From positions 3,549 to 67,548 of the forward strand of contig JAZDOC010000014.1 of NCBI GenBank assembly GCA_043798935.1: a DNA stretch of 64,000 bases, written 5' to 3'. Both the position numbers and the translations under genes were made by a program. The DNA is from Patescibacteria group bacterium. Lineage in GTDB: Bacteria; Patescibacteriota; Patescibacteriia; UBA9570; JAHJKD01. Below are positions 27,686 to 38,216 of the stretch, piece by piece (within the stretch, counting starts at the first letter, position 1; the number at the start of each line of letters is the position of its first letter). The notes below the pieces were generated by a model. That model saw only the letters and a list, made by a program, of their open reading frames with translations, searched no databases and was not told where the DNA came from.

Positions 27686-30391
27686 TTAAACTCGTTTCTT
27701 TTTTAAAAATAAATATTTTATTAATTCAATAAAAAATACAACAAAAAAACTCAGCATTAGAACAACAATCCAATCAAATATTTCTAAAGGTTTTGTTTTA
27801 ACAATTTCTTGTAAAAAAGGAATGTAAATTGCGGCTAATAAAAATAAAAAGCTTACAAATACTGCACCAACTAAATATTTATTAATAAATAAATTATATT
27901 TAAAAATTGAGCGCCTCATAGTTCTAACGCTAAAAATATATAATAAAGAATCAGTTGCGCCAGCTGCAAAAACAACTGTTCGAGCTAATATTATATCACC
28001 ACTTAATTTGTAATATATATAAAATAAGATTATACCGGCAACTCCGGTTATTCCGCTAATAACAAAAATTAACGTTTTTATTTCGCGATCTAAAATTTGA
28101 CCTTTACGTCCTCGAGGGGACTCTTGCATAACTTCTAACTCTCGAGGTTCCTGAGTCAATGCCAAACTGGGCAATGTATCGTTAACTAAATTAATCCATA
28201 AAATCTGAGCAGCAGTCATCGGAATAGGTAAATTAAACAACATACTTCCCAATACTAATATTACCTCTGAAAAACTATCGGAAATTAAATATAAAACTGT
28301 TTTCTTTATATTATCAAATATTCCTCTACCTTCCTCTACGGCTCCAACAATAGATTTAAAATGATCATCTAGAATAACCATGTCAGCGGTTTCTTTGGCT
28401 ACTTGTGTACCCGAACCCAAAACCACTCCAATATCAGCCGCTTTTAAAGCCGGTGAGTCATTAATGCCATCACCGGTCATAGCCACTACTTCGCCTTTTT
28501 TTTGCCACGCTTTTACAATTCTTAGCTTATGTTCAGGTGAAACGCGAGCATAAACTGATATCTTTTGCACGCATTTAACCAATTGCTCGTCTGTCATTTT
28601 ATCTAAATCACTACCTTCAATAATATTGTCGGTATGAGATGGCATTTTTAAATCTTTAGCAATAGCCCGTGCCGTTAGTTTATGATCGCCCGTTATCATG
28701 ACAACTTTAATACCAGCGTTCTGACATAATCTAACTGTTTCTTTTGATGTTGTTCGTAAGGGATCTTTAATACCAATGTATCCGATAAAAGTTAAATCAT
28801 CTAAGCTTTCACTTTTTAGATTAACAGTTTTTTTAGAAACTTTTTTATAAGCGATGCCGATAACCCGTAACCCTTGATTGCTCAAATTAATAAATTCTTG
28901 TTGAAATTTATTCTTCTTCTCGACATCAAATAATTCTTCAGCATTACCAATTCTTAAATTTTGCGACCTCTCCAAAACTTTTTCCGGCGCGCCTTTAAAA
29001 TAAATAATATTATTTTTTTCATCACACTCATGTAAGGTTGCCATATATTTAATGGTCGAATCAAAAGGTACAGCATCTAAACGAATGTTATTTTTTTTCT
29101 CTTTTTGATAGTTTAAACCAGCTTGAACAGCGGCCATTACTAATGCTTTTTCCGTAAGGTTTCCAGAAATAACCCACTCATTAATATCGTCGTCAATATT
29201 GTCGATTCTGGCATCATTGCATAATAAACCAGCGTGCAAAGCAAACATTAATTCTTCATTTTTCTTATCACGACAATCTTTCTCTTTTAGACAAGCTACG
29301 TTAAAATCATTATCCCAAGTGACAATTTGTGTAACTTGCATTTTTCCTTCAGTTAAAGTACCGGTCTTATCTGTACAAATTACAGTGGTTGAACCAAGTG
29401 TTTCGGCTGAAACTAATTTTCTTACTAATGCTTTTTGCTTTAATATTCGTTGCATGCCAAGCGCTAATATTACGGTTACAGAAACTGCCAGCCCTTCCGG
29501 CAGCGCCGAAACTGCCACGGCCACGGCCACGGTAAATATTTCAATAAACGGATCGCCCTGCAAATAGCCAACAATTACTAATAACAAAGCAATAAAAATT
29601 ATTAGCACGCCAATTTTTTTAGAAAACTGATCCAATTTTTGTTGTAATGGCGTTTCTTCGTCTTTGGTTTCTTTAATTAATTTGGCAATATGACCAATCC
29701 CTGTTTGCGCACCTGTAGCGGTAATAATTGCTTTTCCTTCACCTTTTGTAACCGTGGTGCCGGTAAACATCATATTAATTCGGTCGCCAATACCTAATTC
29801 CAATTCTAATTTATCAGTAATTTTTTTGACTGGCTCGCTCTCGCCTGTTAATGCGGCTTCATTTATTTCTAGATCTATAGCTTCAATTAACCTAGCGTCA
29901 GCTGGAATTTTATCCCCTGTCTGAACAATAATAATATCTCCCGGAACTAATTCCAAAGCGTTGATTACTCGCTCCTTACCGTTTCTAATAATACGTGCTT
30001 GAAGAGAAATAATTTGTTTTAAAGCTTGTAAAGACTTCTGAGCTTTACCTTCCTGAACATAACCAACTATAACATTTACTAATACTGCCAATAGAATTAT
30101 GTAAGTATCAGCTTGTAATTGTGGATAAAAAGTAATGTTGCCATGTTCATGACAAACCAATGCAAAATTTATTACCGCCGCAATTAATAATATATATATT
30201 AATACACTTTTAAACTGAGCTATTAGAATAGTAAAAGCTGATGTAGGCTTTTCTTCCGGTAGTTTATTTAAACCAAAAAGAGACAATTTATTCTTTGCCT
30301 CAGATTCATCTAGACCAGTATGATCTATACTAAAATATTTTAATGTATCCTTTACTGAAAGATTAAAAAAACATTGTTTTTTATCTGGCAT
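27686..30391 (-). CDS. Cation-transporting P-type ATPase (P2A/Ca2+-like)
   Basis: LTGES, PEGL, DKTGTLT, KGAPE, TGDH, GDGIND, ILWINL. Confidence 0.95.
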   Translation of the reverse strand: MPDKKQCFFNLSVKDTLKYFSIDHTGLDESEAKNKLSLFGLNKLPEEKPTSAFTILIAQFKSVLIYILLIAAVINFALVCHEHGNITFYPQLQADTYIILLAVLVNVIVGYVQEGKAQKSLQALKQIISLQARIIRNGKERVINALELVPGDIIIVQTGDKIPADARLIEAIDLEINEAALTGESEPVKKITDKLELELGIGDRINMMFTGTTVTKGEGKAIITATGAQTGIGHIAKLIKETKDEETPLQQKLDQFSKKIGVLIIFIALLLVIVGYLQGDPFIEIFTVAVAVAVSALPEGLAVSVTVILALGMQRILKQKALVRKLVSAETLGSTTVICTDKTGTLTEGKMQVTQIVTWDNDFNVACLKEKDCRDKKNEELMFALHAGLLCNDARIDNIDDDINEWVISGNLTEKALVMAAVQAGLNYQKEKKNNIRLDAVPFDSTIKYMATLHECDEKNNIIYFKGAPEKVLERSQNLRIGNAEELFDVEKKNKFQQEFINLSNQGLRVIGIAYKKVSKKTVNLKSESLDDLTFIGYIGIKDPLRTTSKETVRLCQNAGIKVVMITGDHKLTARAIAKDLKMPSHTDNIIEGSDLDKMTDEQLVKCVQKISVYARVSPEHKLRIVKAWQKKGEVVAMTGDGINDSPALKAADIGVVLGSGTQVAKETADMVILDDHFKSIVGAVEEGRGIFDNIKKTVLYLISDSFSEVILVLGSMLFNLPIPMTAAQILWINLVNDTLPSLALTQEPRELEVMQESPRGRKGQILDREIKTLIFVISGITGVAGIILFYIYYKLSGDIILARTVVFAAGATDSLLYIFSVRTMRRSIFKYNLFINKYLVGAVFVSFLFLLAAIYIPFLQEIVKTKPLEIFDWIVVLMLSFFVVFFIELIKYLFLKKKRV

Positions 30392-30433
30392 ATTACTTAT
30401 ATTTTAACAATTTTTCGTATTAATTGCAACTGG

Positions 30434-30604
30434 CTAAAACCAAGCACTTAGTGTACCTTTAATAAAAATTGCTAAAAACAAAACATATACTAGAACTAAC
30501 CCCGCTAGTATTACGATAGCCAACCCTAAAGAACCAAATGCTTTCACTAATAAATCCATTAGCTCTTGAAAAATTATTTTTAAACTTCGATTTTTTTTTA
30601 TCAT
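30434..30604 (-). CDS. Small single-TM membrane protein (56 aa) downstream of the sensor kinase
   Basis: Manual translation MIKKNRSLKIIFQELMDLLVKAFGSLGLAIVILAGLVLVYVLFLAIFIKGTLSAWF; starts 7 nt after the kinase stop. Confidence 0.65.
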   Translation of the reverse strand: MIKKNRSLKIIFQELMDLLVKAFGSLGLAIVILAGLVLVYVLFLAIFIKGTLSAWF

Positions 30605-30611
30605 ATTATTA

Positions 30612-32834
30612 TTATTTTGCTATAGGTAAATAAATTATAAAAGTTGAGCCCCTGCCTTTGCCACCACTAATTACTTCTATCTTTCCGCCCAGTGACTCCA
30701 AAACTCCTTTGGCAATAAACAATCCCAAGCCCGATCCATTCGGATAAAGTCGGACAGCTTTTTCACCCCGTTTAAACCTTTCAAATAACACTTTTTCATC
30801 TTCAGTTGTAAGACCAATGCCTTCATCAATAACTTTTAACCAAACATAATTATTCTCGGTACCTAGCATAACTTTAATTTCTCCAGCCAGCGAATAATTA
30901 ATGGCATTATCAATTAAATTATCAACGATGTCTTCTATTTTATGTTTACTGCCTAAAACACGTGGCAGTTCTTGTTTGGGCTCAAAAAAAGTAAGCTGTA
31001 AATTCTTTTTATTGGCCGCTGATTTTTTAAGTTGTGCAGAATTTTTAGTAATAGTGTATAAATCGATAGATTCAGTAGTTACGGATAATGGGCCGCCTTC
31101 TAATTCTGAAGCGCTTAACATTTCATGAACTATTCTCTCTAATCTATTTATACTTGCATAAGCTTGATCAATAAATTCTTTTCTTTGCGCGGGTGTTAAA
31201 TTTTCTTCTTCTTCGCTTAACATAGAAAGCATGCCTCGGACAATACTGGTGGGAGTTCGCAACTGATGCGAAGCCACAGTTAAAAATTCCGATTTCATCT
31301 TTAACAAACCTTCCAACTCTTTATTTTTTGATCGCAATTCTAAAGTGGCATCATTAACTTCTTTTTGCAATGATTTATTAAAGTTTTCCAGTTTTTCCTG
31401 AGCATCTTTTACTTGCTGATATAAAACCGCATTAGATATAGCTACTGAAGATTGATTCGATAATGCTTCTAATAATTCTATATCTTCCTGCGTATATGCT
31501 TCATTGGAAATTTTATTTCCTAAAATAATTATTCCTAATAATTTTTTTTGTAAAAATAACGGTAAACATACTTCAGCCTGTATTTTTTTTAAATATTGCC
31601 GTAAATCATGAAACGCTTGTTTTGGCTCGTGGTTATTTTCATCGCGCAACATTAAAGTGATTTCTTCGTATACTAAAGCTTTTCGATTATTATTAAAATA
31701 ATTAGTTAAAAAATCATTTTTCAAAAGCGCTTCCCCACTCAAAGAATCAAAGCCGATATTGTTTGAAACATTATAAACTTGGGCCGACGCGTCAGGGTGA
31801 TGCTGACTGATAAGAATCATGCCGGCACGATTTAAACCAATGCTTTTCATCAAGGTGTCTATAATTACATCGGCCAGCTCTTCCAGTTCAATAATTTTTG
31901 TGGTTTCAGAACTTAATCTGCGTAAAGCTTCTTGATATGAATAAATATGATTATATAAATAAACATCAGCAATTTTTTTAACAAAATTTCGAACCGGTTG
32001 AAAACTTGCCACCGTAATAATTAAAATTAATATTTCCGCAATTACGTCGGGCAATATTAATTTTAAAAAATTATTTGCAATATACACCATCACCATACCA
32101 GCAATTAAAACTATATTAAGAGCCACCACATAAACTAAAGTATTTTTTAACAGCAAACGAATATCCATTAAACGATAATGAGTAATGGCATAAGCTACAA
32201 TCAGTATCATGATTAAAATAAATATGGGCCCGACCCAAATATACGAGTAATTCCCAAACATGGGCATAATCACATTAAATGGTAAAGCCAATGATGCCGG
32301 TATGCCAATCGCCAACAAAATATATACTAATTGCATCTTACCTAATCGATCAGAATTTTTATAATTTCTTAATAAATTAATAAATCCCCAAGCAATAAAT
32401 ACACCAAACCACACCGACCAAATATAATAAGCTAAACTCAAATTTACACCATTACCAAAATTATTTAATAAAATTTTATCAATAAAACTATTACCCATAA
32501 ATAAACTGAGTGCGATAATAATAAAACTTAAGAAAATAATATTCTTTATTATCGGGCTTACTTTATTTTTATAATTTGGAAAAATTTTTGAAAAAAATAA
32601 AAAAGCACAGGGAAAAATAGAACCGCCAAGATATATTATACGATCCCAAAATAATGCTTCACTAACAGTAGTAGACATACGAAACATGAAAATTGCAAAC
32701 GGCCAAATCGACGCCGAAAGAGTGATGAAGCTAAAAGAAACGTTTACTGGATTGGTTTTATTGTTTAAAAAAATAACCGTGGTTATATAAAGACCAATAA
32801 CTGTTAAGACTAATAATATCAAACTGATTATCAT
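30612..32834 (-). CDS. Sensor histidine kinase: multi-TM (HisKA_7TM-like) + GAF + HisKA + HATPase
   Basis: ~9 hydrophobic segments; LPLF..KKLLGIIILG...EDIELL; SHQLRTP; DNAINY; DEGIG; GSGLGL. Confidence 0.93.
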   Translation of the reverse strand: MIISLILLVLTVIGLYITTVIFLNNKTNPVNVSFSFITLSASIWPFAIFMFRMSTTVSEALFWDRIIYLGGSIFPCAFLFFSKIFPNYKNKVSPIIKNIIFLSFIIIALSLFMGNSFIDKILLNNFGNGVNLSLAYYIWSVWFGVFIAWGFINLLRNYKNSDRLGKMQLVYILLAIGIPASLALPFNVIMPMFGNYSYIWVGPIFILIMILIVAYAITHYRLMDIRLLLKNTLVYVVALNIVLIAGMVMVYIANNFLKLILPDVIAEILILIITVASFQPVRNFVKKIADVYLYNHIYSYQEALRRLSSETTKIIELEELADVIIDTLMKSIGLNRAGMILISQHHPDASAQVYNVSNNIGFDSLSGEALLKNDFLTNYFNNNRKALVYEEITLMLRDENNHEPKQAFHDLRQYLKKIQAEVCLPLFLQKKLLGIIILGNKISNEAYTQEDIELLEALSNQSSVAISNAVLYQQVKDAQEKLENFNKSLQKEVNDATLELRSKNKELEGLLKMKSEFLTVASHQLRTPTSIVRGMLSMLSEEEENLTPAQRKEFIDQAYASINRLERIVHEMLSASELEGGPLSVTTESIDLYTITKNSAQLKKSAANKKNLQLTFFEPKQELPRVLGSKHKIEDIVDNLIDNAINYSLAGEIKVMLGTENNYVWLKVIDEGIGLTTEDEKVLFERFKRGEKAVRLYPNGSGLGLFIAKGVLESLGGKIEVISGGKGRGSTFIIYLPIAK

Positions 32835-33649
32835 AATTTTTCGGCCACGATAGTTATGGAATTATTAAACAGCGTCATTTCTTTTCTTATTATCTTAAAC
32901 CCATTTTGGCTAATTACATTATTTAATTCTTCAACCGTATAATTTGGAAAAAATAATTTTATTTCTTTACCAAAAGAAATAGCTTTTCTAACAACGCCAA
33001 GAATTTTTAAAACATTTAAAAAACTCATTTTCTTCCGTAATGACGGCATGTCTGATTTGGCATGCAGCGAAGCGATAATCAACTTCCCGCCCGGTTTTAA
33101 TACCCGTTTAATTTCAGGGAGCACCTTTTTTTCTAAATCCTCGCGTGTACAATAAGTAATACCCCAATTAGAATAAACTTTATCGGCCGTGTTATCTGAT
33201 ATCGGAAAAGTCTTGACCACATCGTGATAAATTAAATGAACCTGATCAGTATCAGCTTTTTCGCCCAGCACTTCCCTCGCTTGCAACAACATTCCTTTGG
33301 CGTATTCCAGACCGATTACTTTTTTTACTCGTGGTTGCTCATCAATAATTTTTTTAATGATGCGTCCGTAACCACTGCCCAGGTCAATTATGGTTTCATT
33401 CGGTTGTGGGTTAATCACTCCAACAAAATGATCAATATGCTCGGGCACAAATGGCAGTTTAGGAAAAAAGTAAGTATAGAAGTTAGCGTACTCATGCCAA
33501 AAATTTTGTTGCTCAGAATATATGTATTGCATTACTTCGTCTTTTTCATCTTGAGAAAAATCCTTTATTAAATTAATGGCTTGATTACAAGAAATGGTTT
33601 TTCCAAAATCATTAATTATATTTTTAATGTTTGCTTTGTTGTTAGACAT
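32831..33649 (-). CDS. Class I SAM-dependent methyltransferase
   Basis: IIDLGSGYG, GLEYAKGML, RVLKPGG; ATGA overlap with the kinase. Confidence 0.9.
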   Translation of the reverse strand: MSNNKANIKNIINDFGKTISCNQAINLIKDFSQDEKDEVMQYIYSEQQNFWHEYANFYTYFFPKLPFVPEHIDHFVGVINPQPNETIIDLGSGYGRIIKKIIDEQPRVKKVIGLEYAKGMLLQAREVLGEKADTDQVHLIYHDVVKTFPISDNTADKVYSNWGITYCTREDLEKKVLPEIKRVLKPGGKLIIASLHAKSDMPSLRKKMSFLNVLKILGVVRKAISFGKEIKLFFPNYTVEELNNVISQNGFKIIRKEMTLFNNSITIVAEKL

Positions 33650-33657
33650 AATAAAAT

Positions 33658-34443
33658 TTATTTAGAATATTTTTTTAAAAAATTTAATACTTCATTAAAA
33701 ATAACCTCGCGATGCTCGCCATAAATAGAAACATGGAGCTTATCTTCGATGAAAAAAAGCTCTTTCTTATTTAAGTGAGTTCCTACGGCATTATAAATAA
33801 TTTCGGCGCTGCGGCTGTTAACAGTTTGATCAAAAAATGATTGAATAATTAAAATCGGTTTTTTAATTTTTCGTAAAAGCTTTCTGGACAAATTCAAAAG
33901 CTTTAACATTTCATACATACTTTTAAGCGGAATAACTCGATACGATCCGTATTTATAATAATAATCTCTTAAAAATTTATTTTCAAGAGTTCTTTTTTTA
34001 GCATATTTTTTAAAAGGGCGAAGAATTGGAAGCAGAACTCGCATTATCATGTGGCGACGATAAAAAATCGGTGCGCCGAAAGTAATGATGCCGGCCACTT
34101 TTTGAGGATATTTAGCAGTCAAATAAAAAGCGATGTTTCCACCTAATGAAAAACCGGCAATATAAATTTTTTTTACATGCTTAGACAGCTCAAATAACGC
34201 TTTTTCAGATTCTTCTAGCCAGTCTTCGTGCTTAATTCTTAACAAATCATCAGGATTGGTGCCGTGACCCGGTAAAATCGGCGCTGATATCGTATAATTA
34301 TTTTCAGTTAAAATGTCGATGGCACCAGCTAAAGCGCTGGCTGTACTGGTAAAGCCGTGAATTAAAAGAACGCCTACACTTCCTTTTTTTATAAAATATG
34401 AAGCATTGCTTTTTAATTTTTTTCTTTTTGTTAACAGTACCAT
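33658..34443 (-). CDS. Alpha/beta hydrolase (carboxylesterase/monoacylglycerol-lipase-like)
   Basis: LLIHGFTS, LPGHG, GFSLGG nucleophile, D..V and terminal His. Confidence 0.92.
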   Translation of the reverse strand: MVLLTKRKKLKSNASYFIKKGSVGVLLIHGFTSTASALAGAIDILTENNYTISAPILPGHGTNPDDLLRIKHEDWLEESEKALFELSKHVKKIYIAGFSLGGNIAFYLTAKYPQKVAGIITFGAPIFYRRHMIMRVLLPILRPFKKYAKKRTLENKFLRDYYYKYGSYRVIPLKSMYEMLKLLNLSRKLLRKIKKPILIIQSFFDQTVNSRSAEIIYNAVGTHLNKKELFFIEDKLHVSIYGEHREVIFNEVLNFLKKYSK

Positions 34444-34508
34444 AATGCCTTATTTATACCAAAAAATAGTGATATTAGCAAATAATTCAATGCCTAAGCT
34501 AATTTAAA

Positions 34509-35738
34509 TTATAGATTAAAACATCTTACAATAATGCTTGAAATTTTATTTTCTAAATTTTGTTTGGATTTATATTTAACTGAAAAAAAATTACCAGCAT
34601 GTCCGCACCAATAATCTCCTTTTTTGACTTCAAATAAAACCTTTAACTTCTGGCCTTTCATTTTCTTTTTAAATTCATCCTGCAAATTTTGGTTCACTTT
34701 TTGTAATTGTTGTGCTCGCTGTTTTTTTATTTTTTCATCAACTTGATCTTTCATAATAGCTGCGGGTGTACCTTCTCTAATGGAGTATCTAAAAATATGA
34801 ATTTTTAAAAATTTGCATGCCTTAACTAAATCTAGAGAATCCTGAAAATCCTGATCAGTTTCAGATGGAAAGCCAACAATCACATCAGTAGTAAATCCAA
34901 AATCCGGATAAACTTTATAATAATCTTTAATAATAAGTAAATACTGTTTAGCCGTATAATTACGATTCATGCTTTTTAATATTTTTTCCGAGCCGGATTG
35001 TAAAGACAAATGCAAATGACGACAAAGCCGTGGATTTAAAAATAAATTTTTAAATTTATTATTTTTATAAACAAAATCCGGATTAATTGAAGACAGCCTG
35101 ATACGCTTAATTTTTGTTTGGTTTAATATTTGTTGAATTAATTCTGGCAGGCGCAAATACGTATTTGTGTCTTCATTTTTATATTTATACTGCCCGATAT
35201 TAACACCGGTTAATACTACTTCTTTGTAGCCTTGTTTTTCTTTTTGTTTAATTTCATTAATGATCGCGATGGGTGAAAAACTACGCGACTTTCCTCGCCT
35301 TATAGTCGTTAGACAATACGTACAATGATTATCGCAACCGGTTTGAATTTTTATGTTCGAGCGAGTTCGACTATACCTATTTTGTAAAGACGTTGCATAC
35401 GATGTTTTATCAGAAGCACCGAATATTTTTATAAATTCCCCAACAAAATTTTCTTTGTTTTTAATGTAAAAATCAATTTCCGGCATTTTAAAGTCTGAAC
35501 AGCCGGTCATGATAATTTTTGCATGCGGACATTTCTTCTTTAATTGCCGTATAGCCTGCCGACCTTCACGGTCAGCCTTATGCGTTACTGCACAAGTATT
35601 AACAACTGCAATATTAAAGATTTGTTTAAAAATAACAACAAAAAAACCGTGTTTTTCTAATTCATCTTGGTACTTATCGGTTTCGGCTTGATTAAGCCGA
35701 CAACCCAAAGTATAGAAAGCTATTTTATTATTATTCAT
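34509..35738 (-). CDS. mtaB: tRNA t6A37 methylthiotransferase (MtaB type)
   Basis: TLGCRLNQAE, NTCAVT..AD, GCDNHCTYC, HIFRYS.REGTPAA. Confidence 0.88.
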   Translation of the reverse strand: MNNNKIAFYTLGCRLNQAETDKYQDELEKHGFFVVIFKQIFNIAVVNTCAVTHKADREGRQAIRQLKKKCPHAKIIMTGCSDFKMPEIDFYIKNKENFVGEFIKIFGASDKTSYATSLQNRYSRTRSNIKIQTGCDNHCTYCLTTIRRGKSRSFSPIAIINEIKQKEKQGYKEVVLTGVNIGQYKYKNEDTNTYLRLPELIQQILNQTKIKRIRLSSINPDFVYKNNKFKNLFLNPRLCRHLHLSLQSGSEKILKSMNRNYTAKQYLLIIKDYYKVYPDFGFTTDVIVGFPSETDQDFQDSLDLVKACKFLKIHIFRYSIREGTPAAIMKDQVDEKIKKQRAQQLQKVNQNLQDEFKKKMKGQKLKVLFEVKKGDYWCGHAGNFFSVKYKSKQNLENKISSIIVRCFNL

Positions 35739-35828
35739 ATTATTTCACCATTAAATAACTATCTATTTATAGTTTTATCTATTTTGAAATATTAATAAAA
35801 TTAATCATATTTTACCTGTGGAAAAATA

Positions 35829-35857
35829 TTGACAATTATTCATTTATTATATACAAT
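35829..35857 (+). promoter_or_regulatory. Sigma70 promoter of tRNA-Lys
   Basis: TTGACA-17 nt-TACAAT. Confidence 0.8.
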
Positions 35858-35937
35858 AACCTCGGTCTTAGAAAGGCCATTTTAATTTCATTTTTCCCGT
35901 TTATAATTACGGTCTAAATTCCGTTGATTATTTAAAC

Positions 35938-36013
35938 GGGGTGTTAGCTCAGCTGGTAGAGCAGCTCCCTTTTAAGGAGAAGGTCACAGGTTCGATTCCC
36001 GTACACCCCACCA
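35938..36013 (+). tRNA. tRNA-Lys(UUU), encoded CCA
   Basis: GGGGTGT/ACACCCC acceptor stem, GCTC/GAGC D stem, CTTTTAA anticodon loop, TTCGATT T loop, ACCA end. Confidence 0.96.
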
Positions 36014-36018
36014 ATATT

Positions 36019-36045
36019 GAAGCGTCATTATAGGCGCTTTTTTTA
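36019..36045 (+). terminator. tRNA terminator
   Basis: gaagcgtc-attata-ggcgctttttt. Confidence 0.7.
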
Positions 36046-36157
36046 TTTCTACTTTCCGCCTGTATATAATTGTTTGAATCTGGTAAGATATAGACATATT
36101 ATAAATAATAATTTATTTATTATTACATAATCAATCTTAATACTAATAATCGAAAAT

Positions 36158-36544
36158 ATGTTTAAAGAATTTAAAGAATTTGCTATAAAAGGAAACATGA
36201 TTGACATGGCCGTTGGTATCATTATCGGAGCCGCTTTTGGTAAAATCGTGAGCTCGCTCGTTACAGACGTTATTATGCCTCCAATTGGAGCAATATTAGG
36301 AGGTATAGATTTTTCTAATTTAACCATAACACTTAAAAAAGCCACTGAAACCACCGAGGCTATAACTCTAAATTATGGCTTATTTATCAACTCCGTGATC
36401 AACTTTCTAATAATTTCTTTTGCAATATTTATTGTAGTTAAGCAGATTAATAAGTTTAGAAAAAAAGAAAAAGCAAAACCAAATAAACCGACTGAGGAAG
36501 CATTGCTTCTAAGAGAAATTAGAGACTTTGTTAAGAAAAAATAG
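36158..36544 (+). CDS. mscL: Large-conductance mechanosensitive channel
   Basis: [24 protein letters not shown]...LLREIRD. Confidence 0.97.
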   Translation: MFKEFKEFAIKGNMIDMAVGIIIGAAFGKIVSSLVTDVIMPPIGAILGGIDFSNLTITLKKATETTEAITLNYGLFINSVINFLIISFAIFIVVKQINKFRKKEKAKPNKPTEEALLLREIRDFVKKK

Positions 36545-36588
36545 AAATGTGTCTTTAGACAGTTTATTTATAACTTATAGAGACGCTA

Positions 36589-38067
36589 TTAAATTGTTTC
36601 TAAATTAAAATAATCTACGGGCGCGTAATCGTCGGTTAGAATTATTGCCGAATCCAAATCTTCCGGAAGCGGATTATATAAATTATCTAAATATTTAGCT
36701 GCTTCAAAATTTGAAAACTTTTTTTGGATTGATGTGTTAAAAATCTGACTGCTTTTTACAGCCACGATAATTACATTTTGCATGGCCTCGGGGTGTTCTT
36801 TATTAATCCCGAAAACAAAAACTTGTGGAAAAATAGACTGTAAAGTTTTATATTCAGACCAAACAAATTTTGAACCTTTACCGCTTAAAGAATTATTGGC
36901 GTTTATAATCACAACTCCAGAGTCGTTTAAAATACGATTAATATTAGTAAACGTTTCTTTAGTGGTCACGTGCCACGGCACATAAAACCGCGACCGAAAA
37001 ACATCTACATAAACTGCATCGTATTTTTGCGTAGCGCGATTAACAAAAGTCCGGGCATCCTCGTTGTATGATTTTAATCTGGGATCATCTTGTAAATTAA
37101 AATATTTTTTGGCAATATCAGTCACTACCGGATCTATTTCAACTACATCTATTTTACCGGCTTCATTTCTTTGCAAAAAATCTTTCGCCAATGTATAAGC
37201 ACCACCACCAAGCAGTAATGCGCTGTCAATTTTTGGAGTAAAAACATTATCCAAGCGATAATATTTTGAATATTCATAAACCATTTCGTCTGAATCTAAA
37301 TAAATTGCTGAACTGAATTCCTGATTTAAATCTAATCCACGTACAATGTGATTTCCAATATCAACATAATCATAAACTTTTATTGCTGAATAAGCCGTGT
37401 TGCCATCTACAATATAATTTGAATTTTGTTCCATAAAAACCATGCCGGGCCAAAGCAAAAAAAGTAAACCAAAATATAAATTTTTCTTGGCTATTTTAAA
37501 ATCTACTATAAATAAAAAAAGTACAAATAAAACCGCGCTCATACCAAAAACGATATTAGTTATTTTTATATATGGGATTAAACCCAAGCCAGCAAGAAAA
37601 GTTCCGAAGATGCTGCCAAGTGTAGAAAAAGCATAAAGATTTCCAGCCACATTGCCAGTCTGATGAATATTTTCTAATTTTAGCTTAATAGTATACGGCG
37701 ATACCATGCCAAGTAGCATGCTCGGTGGAGCAAACAAAATTAAACAAGCAGTTATTGAGCCCCATACCACTCCTGAATTTGCAGCCAAGGCAGTTACTGG
37801 GTTTTTAATTAACCCTAAAACCATGATATTTACCGCACTAAGTAAAATAATTCGAGCTAAAACGTTTAAATTTGGCTCTTTATCAGCCAATCGCCCACCA
37901 AAATAATACCCCAAGCTGAGCGCACCCAAAATCACCCCCATTAAAGCCGACCAAACCGGTAAAGAAGTACCCACATAAGGGGCTAATATTCGCGAACCCG
38001 TAAGCTCTAGTACCATTACCACGGCTCCGCAAACAAACACTATTATTAGCAATTTATTTTTATTCAT
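36589..38067 (-). CDS. Fused membrane domain/spermidine synthase-like protein
   Basis: MVLEL..SRILAPYVGTS TM block; LLLGGGAY, VVEIDP, DAR, LTDDYAPV. Confidence 0.9.
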   Translation of the reverse strand: MNKNKLLIIVFVCGAVVMVLELTGSRILAPYVGTSLPVWSALMGVILGALSLGYYFGGRLADKEPNLNVLARIILLSAVNIMVLGLIKNPVTALAANSGVVWGSITACLILFAPPSMLLGMVSPYTIKLKLENIHQTGNVAGNLYAFSTLGSIFGTFLAGLGLIPYIKITNIVFGMSAVLFVLFLFIVDFKIAKKNLYFGLLFLLWPGMVFMEQNSNYIVDGNTAYSAIKVYDYVDIGNHIVRGLDLNQEFSSAIYLDSDEMVYEYSKYYRLDNVFTPKIDSALLLGGGAYTLAKDFLQRNEAGKIDVVEIDPVVTDIAKKYFNLQDDPRLKSYNEDARTFVNRATQKYDAVYVDVFRSRFYVPWHVTTKETFTNINRILNDSGVVIINANNSLSGKGSKFVWSEYKTLQSIFPQVFVFGINKEHPEAMQNVIIVAVKSSQIFNTSIQKKFSNFEAAKYLDNLYNPLPEDLDSAIILTDDYAPVDYFNLETI

Positions 38068-38216
38068 ACGTCATATTATAGCATATTTATAGATTAAAAC
38101 GTAAATATCAAGATATACACTTTTTTGGGGAAAAGCATGTGCAAAATCAACCTAATATAATCTTGTTAAAACCCGGAAAAAAATGTAATATTAACAAACC
38201 GATTATACTTTTATTT

